This document shows, one piece after another, positions 58,020-64,000 of a stretch of DNA of 64,000 nucleotides. The notes under the pieces were generated by a model. That model was not told the origin of the DNA. It saw nothing but the letters and a program-made list of their open reading frames with translations, and did no database searches. Positions within the stretch are counted from its first letter, which is position 1, and each line of letters begins with the position of its first letter. This stretch comes from an uncultured Candidatus Saccharibacteria bacterium. Lineage in GTDB: Bacteria; Patescibacteriota; Minisyncoccia; Phycocordibacterales; UBA12088. The position numbers and the translations under genes were made by a program. Location of the stretch: NCBI GenBank assembly GCA_964562615.1, contig CAZLUD010000001.1, forward strand, positions 193,072 to 257,071, given 5' to 3'.

Positions 58020-58604
58020 TTATCGTGGTACTGAAATCTGTCCTGTTGTGTATATTTCAACTAACTGCTCATACCCTTGTGAGCTCTTAAGATAAAACTG
58101 CCCGCGAGGGTATTCAGCAGTAGTTCCCGCTACTCGTATAACCGCCTCTGGATTGGGTCGTTGAAAGGTTACAACAAGCGCCGAGGAGGTACTGCAACTT
58201 GCTGAACCGGCATTATTAAGTACGCATACCCTATCAAGCCCAATGCCCGGTGGAAAGGCAAGTGTCTCAATGACCGTGTCTACTCCACTTGAATACTGCT
58301 TGTCTTGGTCGATGTCACTAAAAAATGTGATTGTGCCACCATTAAGGCCCGTTGCATGGACTCCGTATCCAACATCAAAATCGCTTCCCTCGCCTCTTAC
58401 CGCAACTCCATATGATTGTGCTTGTCGTAGCATTACCGCAAGCTCGTATCCAACGTTAGTAAGCTGTAAGTTACCCCTTCCTGAGGCGCCACCGGCAAGT
58501 ACCATTATTGAGACCATGATAAAAATAGATGTAACTACCAATACCTCAACAAGGGTAAATGCCTTGGTGTTAGTAGAAGAGACTTGTTGGGAGAGTGAAT
58601 GCAT
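58020..58604 (-). CDS. Minor pilin (FimT-like)
   Basis: KAFTLVEVLVV...LRQAQSYG...TFQRPNP...TGQISV. Confidence 0.8.
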   Translation of the reverse strand: MHSLSQQVSSTNTKAFTLVEVLVVTSIFIMVSIMVLAGGASGRGNLQLTNVGYELAVMLRQAQSYGVAVRGEGSDFDVGYGVHATGLNGGTITFFSDIDQDKQYSSGVDTVIETLAFPPGIGLDRVCVLNNAGSASCSTSSALVVTFQRPNPEAVIRVAGTTAEYPRGQFYLKSSQGYEQLVEIYTTGQISVPR

Positions 58605-59367
58605 TGATAGAAAAAAATAACACGAGTAGAAATCCAATCGCAAGAAATGGAGCGAACGGTACTTCACTATGTATTGTAAGTGAGTTCTGCATAAACGGAA
58701 AGCCGTAGCGCTTGATAAGTAATAGTACAACACTAACCACTGCCCCTATCCAAAACGCAAGCATAAATGACGAGAGGGCTCCGACTATACCAAGAAACCA
58801 CCCAATACCAAGCGCAAGCTTTGCATCCGCAAAACCTATCCACGCTCCTTTTGATATAACCCATAACGCTGCAAATGGAAATGCAGCGAGTGCGCCACTA
58901 AGGAGTAGTAGTGGGTCAGGATGCATCACCAGACTTCCCTCATCTATGTATACAGAAAGTAGTGCAAGGACATTAAAGCTATACACAAACACATCTGGAA
59001 TAATTTTGTGTCGTAGGTCATACACCACAATAGCAACAAGGGTTGCTATTGCCGCGAGTAAGATACCCGCATCAATAACATTAGTTGTTATAAACGGAAC
59101 AGATGCAAATAGCACTCCCGTTGCTATCTCTACCAATAAATACTGTAGCGAGAGGGGCTTTTTGCATGTGCGGCATCTTCCTCGTAAAAAGATATATGAA
59201 AATAGCGGCACTAATTCATACGCACGGAGGGTACGCATGCAGTGTGGACAGTGTGACCTGCCGGTTATTGTTTCTCCCTTTTCAATACGTAGCACCACAA
59301 CATTAACAAAACTGCCAATACTCACGCCGAGGAGAAATAAAAATCCAATGATTATTTCTAGTTCCAT
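58570..59367 (-). CDS. pilD: Prepilin peptidase/N-methyltransferase
   Basis: GSFVNVVVLR, RSHCPHC, GRCRTC, YDLRHKIIPD, GFADAKL and PFAPFL motifs. Confidence 0.93.
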   Translation of the reverse strand: MELEIIIGFLFLLGVSIGSFVNVVVLRIEKGETITGRSHCPHCMRTLRAYELVPLFSYIFLRGRCRTCKKPLSLQYLLVEIATGVLFASVPFITTNVIDAGILLAAIATLVAIVVYDLRHKIIPDVFVYSFNVLALLSVYIDEGSLVMHPDPLLLLSGALAAFPFAALWVISKGAWIGFADAKLALGIGWFLGIVGALSSFMLAFWIGAVVSVVLLLIKRYGFPFMQNSLTIHSEVPFAPFLAIGFLLVLFFSINAFTLPTSLFY

Positions 59368-59383
59368 GTATAGCAATAATAAC

Positions 59384-59409
59384 ACAAACGCCCCTTGTGG
59401 GGCGTTTGT
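59384..59409 (-). terminator. Terminator after the major pilin genes
   Basis: acaaacgcccc-ttgt-ggggcgtttgt. Confidence 0.75.
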
Positions 59410-59430
59410 TTACCATGCTTTTTTGTTACA

Positions 59431-59883
59431 CTACGGTTTTACACAAAAAACGGCATCGGTTGGACCAGCCACTCCACAATTGATAGTTCCTAGTTGTGTA
59501 CCATCAAGATCGTTTGCAAGCGCTGGGCTACCGGTGTTTTCAAGAGTCGCACCAATTACGTAAGTAGTATTACCTGTCCCAGTTGTATATGCATATGCAG
59601 CTCTTGTGCTTGGATCAGTAGGAATGGTGCTTATGAAAGTACCGAGAGTGACACCTGAGCAACCATTTGCAACATTAGGCGTTAAAGGACCTGCTGGATA
59701 CTGTCCACAAGAGTCGAAGTATAGCTCAAACGCAAGCTGAAGTTGCTTAATATCAGTTACGCGAGTTGCATCTCGTCCCTTTGATCTTGCGCTGTTAAGA
59801 GACGCAAGCACGACGCTAGAGAGAATACCGATAATTGCGATAACCACCAAGAGCTCGATGAGGGTAAAACCTTTTTGCTTCAT
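59431..59883 (-). CDS. Type IV major pilin-like protein
   Basis: KGFTLIELLVVIAIIGILSSVVLASLNSAR. Confidence 0.92.
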   Translation of the reverse strand: MKQKGFTLIELLVVIAIIGILSSVVLASLNSARSKGRDATRVTDIKQLQLAFELYFDSCGQYPAGPLTPNVANGCSGVTLGTFISTIPTDPSTRAAYAYTTGTGNTTYVIGATLENTGSPALANDLDGTQLGTINCGVAGPTDAVFCVKP

Positions 59884-59913
59884 AAAATAATTACTAAATT
59901 AATACTAATAATA

Positions 59914-60426
59914 CTAATCGCAGTCGGTCGAGATACTGCCAGAAGGACCTTCTAGGCTATGCATACCGGAGGAAAGTCCACCGGATCCGACTTCGAGATA
60001 GAAACACACCTGATAGTCTTCTGAGGTTGCCCCCGCGTCACCATCTGTCGTACTGATAGAATACTGACACTGCGCTGTACCTCCGCTTTCACAAGCGGTG
60101 GTACCAACAGGATCAGTATATCGTGCAAGTTCGACAAAATTACCAGGGCCAGTACATGCAGTAAGCATATCATCCGCATCAGTACATCCCTCAATTTCAA
60201 CCGCGGCATCATCTGAGGTTATAGACATGACCTTAGCGATTTCGCGCATATCTGCCATACGAGTGGCATCACGTGCCTTTGCTCTTGCGCTGTTAAGAGA
60301 CGCAAGAACAACGCTAGAGAGAATACCGATAATTGCTATTACTACCAAAAGCTCAATAAGGGTGAAGCCTTTGTTGGCTTTCTTAGAAAATTCCACTGAA
60401 GCGCTTCGCCCTGTGGTTGTATTCAT
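59914..60426 (-). CDS. Type IV major pilin-like protein
   Basis: KGFTLIELLVVIAIIGILSSVVLASLNSAR with a divergent acidic head domain. Confidence 0.92.
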   Translation of the reverse strand: MNTTTGRSASVEFSKKANKGFTLIELLVVIAIIGILSSVVLASLNSARAKARDATRMADMREIAKVMSITSDDAAVEIEGCTDADDMLTACTGPGNFVELARYTDPVGTTACESGGTAQCQYSISTTDGDAGATSEDYQVCFYLEVGSGGLSSGMHSLEGPSGSISTDCD

Positions 60427-60517
60427 AATGTATAATACTCTACAAATTTATACTCTATTAGTAAAAACTCTTTACTTCATTAGTATACTAGGAATATTTT
60501 TTTTACTTAGCGTACTA

Positions 60518-60526
60518 TGTGGATAA
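60518..60526 (-). promoter_or_regulatory. Perfect DnaA-box sequence upstream of the pilin genes
   Basis: TTATCCACA on the minus strand in the pilC-pilin intergenic region. Confidence 0.45.
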
Positions 60527-60530
60527 CTTT

Positions 60531-61736
60531 CTATACACCAGTAGATACGTTGTAAATAGGTATAAGTACTGACGCAAGAAGTACACCCACTCCAAGTCCC
60601 AAAAGTACGATCATGGCAGGTTCAATAAGGTCAACCAGCGCATCGACGGCGTTTTTTACCTCTCGCTGATAGAAACTCGCGAGTGTCTTAAGAATTTTTC
60701 CAAGCTCTCCTGATTCTTCACCTACGCGCACCATACCCACCACAATACTAGGTATTTCATCATACTGCCCTATCGCCTTTGATAGTGCGTTACCATTTTT
60801 GACCATAGTCATTGATTCTTTGAGAATGTGTTCGTAGATGACATTATCTATAGTCTCTGCGGTAATTTCTATCGCACGAACCATAGGAATACCGCTTGAG
60901 AGCATGGTAGAGAGGTTGTCTGAAAAGCGCGCAAGGTAGAGCTTTCTGTACAAACTACCAAAGTACGGTGTACCAAGCTTTATTGAATCAACTGCATGTC
61001 GCCCTGAGTCTGTTTTTGCATAGCGCCAGAAGAAGAATCCACCCACCGCAAGCGCGATAAAAATAAACACTCCGTAACTAACAAAGAATCCTGATAGTGC
61101 AAGTACTACTTTGGTATACAGAGGTATTTCTTGTCCTGAATCAACCAAAATCTGACCAATACGTGGAATAACATACGTAAGCATCAGCACCATCACCGCA
61201 ATAAAGGTAGCGATAACGAATGCTGGGTATATAAGGGCGCTTTTCGCCTTTGAGGTAAGCTCGTAGGTTCTATCAAGATAATCCGCAAGATACATAAAGG
61301 TCTCGTCGAGTTTTCCCGTCTCCTCTCCTGCCTTTACCATGTTTACATAAAAAAGACTGAATGCATTTGGATGCTTTGAAAGCGCCTTTGATATTGATGA
61401 TCCAGACTGAAGATCATCGGCAACTTCCATGAGTACTTTTTGTAGAGATTCGTTTGTGCTTTCGATAGCAAGGAGCCTAAATACGCGAAGCGCTGAAACC
61501 TGCGCCTCAAAGAGGGTTGCAATCTGCCTTGAAATGATAACGATATCTTTATTGGATACCCCACTGAAAAAATCAACTTTAAACTCAAATACGCTTTTTG
61601 CTTCTGCAGACTCTATGGATGAGATGACAAGATCACGTCGCTGTAGCGACGCAATAGCCACATCCTCATTGATGGCATCAATGGTTCCTTCTCGCTCCTT
61701 CCCCTCTTTGTCTACTGCTTGATATGAAAATAACAT
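60531..61736 (-). CDS. pilC: PilC/GspF platform protein
   Basis: AGEETGKL, ALIYP, GEESGEL and LIEP motifs. Confidence 0.93.
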   Translation of the reverse strand: MLFSYQAVDKEGKEREGTIDAINEDVAIASLQRRDLVISSIESAEAKSVFEFKVDFFSGVSNKDIVIISRQIATLFEAQVSALRVFRLLAIESTNESLQKVLMEVADDLQSGSSISKALSKHPNAFSLFYVNMVKAGEETGKLDETFMYLADYLDRTYELTSKAKSALIYPAFVIATFIAVMVLMLTYVIPRIGQILVDSGQEIPLYTKVVLALSGFFVSYGVFIFIALAVGGFFFWRYAKTDSGRHAVDSIKLGTPYFGSLYRKLYLARFSDNLSTMLSSGIPMVRAIEITAETIDNVIYEHILKESMTMVKNGNALSKAIGQYDEIPSIVVGMVRVGEESGELGKILKTLASFYQREVKNAVDALVDLIEPAMIVLLGLGVGVLLASVLIPIYNVSTGV

Positions 61737-61743
61737 ACGGTGG

Positions 61744-62847
61744 TTATAACATTCCTTCTAGGAGCTTTGGATTAATAGAGTGTCGATACGCATTCTCTAC
61801 CGTTATCTCGCCCTTTCGTACCAAATCCGCAAGTGACCTATTCATGGTAATCATGCCTTGATCTGACGACGTTTCTATCACGGTATTAAGCTCGTGGGTT
61901 CTTCTTTCTCTGATAAGATTCGCAATGGCGCTATTATTGATAAGTAGTTCACACGCAGGAATAAGCCCGCCCGCGATGCGTGGGACAAGACGTTGCGAGA
62001 AGATGCCAAGCAAGCTTGCCGCAAGCTGTGTCCTGATTTGGTCTTGCTGCCCACCTGGGAACGAGTCGATGATACGGTCTATGGTTTGTGCGGCGTTATT
62101 GGTGTGCAAGGTTGAAAGCACAAGGTGTCCGGTTTCTGCAGCAGTAACGGCGGTAGCTATAGTCTCTGCGTCGCGCATCTCACCTACCAAAATAACATTC
62201 ACGTCCTGTCTAAAACTTGATACGAGCGCTGTTTTAAAGTCGCGAGTATCAATACCAACTTCTCGTTGATCAATAATAGATTGCTTTTGTTGATAGACGT
62301 ACTCGATGGGGTCTTCAATGGTGACAATGTGCTCAGAGCGCGTTGCATTGATAAGATCAACCATTGCCGCAAGAGTAGTGGATTTACCTTGTCCAACTGG
62401 TCCTACCACCAAAAAGAATCCCTGTTCTTTATTTGCAAATGTCTCAAGTATTGGGGGTAGCCCTAATTCACTTATGGACTTTATTTCAGACGGGATAAGT
62501 CGCAGCGCAATAGAGACTGCCCCCTGCTGCACAGACGCATTACCTCTAAACCGCGTGGCAGTTTTATAGGTGTACGAAAAATCAATTTCTTGATCTGAAA
62601 CAAATGTTTCGAATTGTTTCGGTAATACCAGCTCTTTAAGAAATCCGAGTGTATCCTCTGGAGTAAGCACATCCATCTTTACAAGTGGGATAAGTGATCC
62701 AGAAACACGTATTGATGGTTGATACCCTACTGAAAGGTGTAGGTCAGAAGCACCTTCAACCATAGTGGTTTCAATAAGAGATACCAGCGTACGCTTGTAG
62801 TCTTTTTTCTTCAAACCAACTAATTCGAGTGCTCCTTTAGGTTCCAT
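61744..62847 (-). CDS. pilT: Type IV pilus retraction ATPase
   Basis: ASDLHL, GPVGQGKST, TIEDPIE, GEMRD, TLHTN and AIANLIRE (AIRNLIRE-like) motifs. Confidence 0.93.
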   Translation of the reverse strand: MEPKGALELVGLKKKDYKRTLVSLIETTMVEGASDLHLSVGYQPSIRVSGSLIPLVKMDVLTPEDTLGFLKELVLPKQFETFVSDQEIDFSYTYKTATRFRGNASVQQGAVSIALRLIPSEIKSISELGLPPILETFANKEQGFFLVVGPVGQGKSTTLAAMVDLINATRSEHIVTIEDPIEYVYQQKQSIIDQREVGIDTRDFKTALVSSFRQDVNVILVGEMRDAETIATAVTAAETGHLVLSTLHTNNAAQTIDRIIDSFPGGQQDQIRTQLAASLLGIFSQRLVPRIAGGLIPACELLINNSAIANLIRERRTHELNTVIETSSDQGMITMNRSLADLVRKGEITVENAYRHSINPKLLEGML

Positions 62848-62862
62848 ATGATAACTATACCA

Positions 62863-63264
62863 TTAGCTATGCTTTTTCTTATACACTTCAAGCACCTTTG
62901 CAAGCACTTCTGATGGTACTGAGTTTGCTTTTATGATGTAGCCATCTGCGCCAAGTTTTTGCGCCTTCTCAATATCAGACTCTTGTCCTTGATTGGACAA
63001 CATGATAACCACGGGATTACCACCTAGCTTTTCAGCTTTGACGGTCTCAAGAATTTTTAATCCATCAACCTCGGGCATCACCACATCAAGAATAAGCGCA
63101 TCGGCGACAAATCCATCTCGAAGTTTTTCGAGTGCCTGAATACTATCAAGAAACCCTTCAACCTCTATCCCTGCCTCCTTAAATTTGATGCTATACATCT
63201 CTAGCAAAAATTGATCATCATCAACCACAAGAATCTTTTTTGGCTTTTTTTCAGTGTCGGTCAT
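62863..63264 (-). CDS. Single-domain response regulator
   Basis: ILVVDDD...LDVVMPEVDG...YIIKA. Confidence 0.9.
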   Translation of the reverse strand: MTDTEKKPKKILVVDDDQFLLEMYSIKFKEAGIEVEGFLDSIQALEKLRDGFVADALILDVVMPEVDGLKILETVKAEKLGGNPVVIMLSNQGQESDIEKAQKLGADGYIIKANSVPSEVLAKVLEVYKKKHS

Positions 63265-63269
63265 AGGTA

Positions 63270-64000
63270 TTATTGTGTTTCTACTACGTCTGGTAGTGCG
63301 GGCGCCTCTACGGGTAACGCTTCAACCTCTGGGGTGTCATCTGACAATACTCCGCCAAGGGTGTTAATTTCTTCAAATGGAATAATTTTTTCGAATGCTT
63401 TTAATATAGCATCCTCTTTCATGGTGAGCATGCCAGAACCTCGAGCAATTTTCCAAATCTCTTGTTCATTAGCACTTGCTAGTATTGCCTGCTCAATATC
63501 ATGACTCATAGGCAATAATTCATACACACCAACACGTCCTCTTGTACCACTAGGACAATCGCCCGATGGGTCTATTCCCCACATGGATTTTCCTACCGGA
63601 ATACTTGAACGGTACTTTTCAGGTAAATCTTCAAATTGCTTATCAATCATCATCTTGATACTTCCTTCAACTGGCATCTCTTTACCGCTACCAGGGCAGA
63701 GCCTGCGTACCAATCGCTGACCGATTACCAACTGAAGCGTTGGCGCAATGAGGTACGGATCAACCCCCATATCAATAAGACGTGGGATTACACCAATCGC
63801 ACTGTTGGTGTGAATAGTAGAAAATACAAGGTGACCGGTAAGTGACGCTTGTACGGCAAGTTGTGCAGTTTCTTTATCGCGGATTTCTCCCACCATGATA
63901 ATGTCTGGGTCCTGACGAAGAATAGAACGAAGACCAGAAGCAAAAGTATAGCCAATTTCTGGACGTACTTGTGACTGGCTCACCCCTTCAATGTTGTACT
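63270..64000 (-). CDS. pilB: GspE/PilB assembly ATPase (5' end truncated by the window)
   Basis: [25 protein letters not shown] and GRVGVYE motifs. Confidence 0.9.
   Translation of the reverse strand, partial: YNIEGVSQSQVRPEIGYTFASGLRSILRQDPDIIMVGEIRDKETAQLAVQASLTGHLVFSTIHTNSAIGVIPRLIDMGVDPYLIAPTLQLVIGQRLVRRLCPGSGKEMPVEGSIKMMIDKQFEDLPEKYRSSIPVGKSMWGIDPSGDCPSGTRGRVGVYELLPMSHDIEQAILASANEQEIWKIARGSGMLTMKEDAILKAFEKIIPFEEINTLGGVLSDDTPEVEALPVEAPALPDVVETQ

Noticed and set aside
58712-59563. 283-aa + strand ORF and the many similar antisense ORFs in the track
   Set aside because: Shadow frames opposite well-supported genes (here pilD and a pilin), with no recognisable motifs.

Overview
This 64-kb window most likely comes from a small-genome Patescibacteria/CPR bacterium (Parcubacteria-like). 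That assignment is inferred from two type IV pilus loci, a shortened RF2, many apparently leaderless genes and S74-type fibre genes. TGA is used as a stop, consistent with code 11. Left to right the window holds: the end of an ECF sigma gene, an alpha-glucan cluster (GT4/GH57/GH15), a first pilus locus bracketed by a PAS kinase and a response regulator, and transport/housekeeping genes including tyrS. Next come a 1190-aa mosaic S74 fibre gene, a frameshifted dihydroorotate dehydrogenase and an AT-rich island at tRNA-Gln, then pyrG-ftsX-ftsE-prfB, a tRNA-rich region, gatA-gatC-ligA and a second pilus locus with pilD/pilC/pilT/pilB. The strongest unexplained signals are non-coding and centred on the tRNAs. 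(1) A 204-nt group I intron interrupts tRNA-Thr(GGU), next to a free-standing HTH/LAGLIDADG-like ORF. (2) ORF-less 154-178 bp structured elements sit downstream of tRNA-Asp (two identical tandem copies) and tRNA-Met; each carries a direct copy of its host tRNA 3' end and an inverted copy of its T-arm. (3) All six tRNA genes end in discriminator+CA rather than CCA. All calls were made by eye; no database searches were run.
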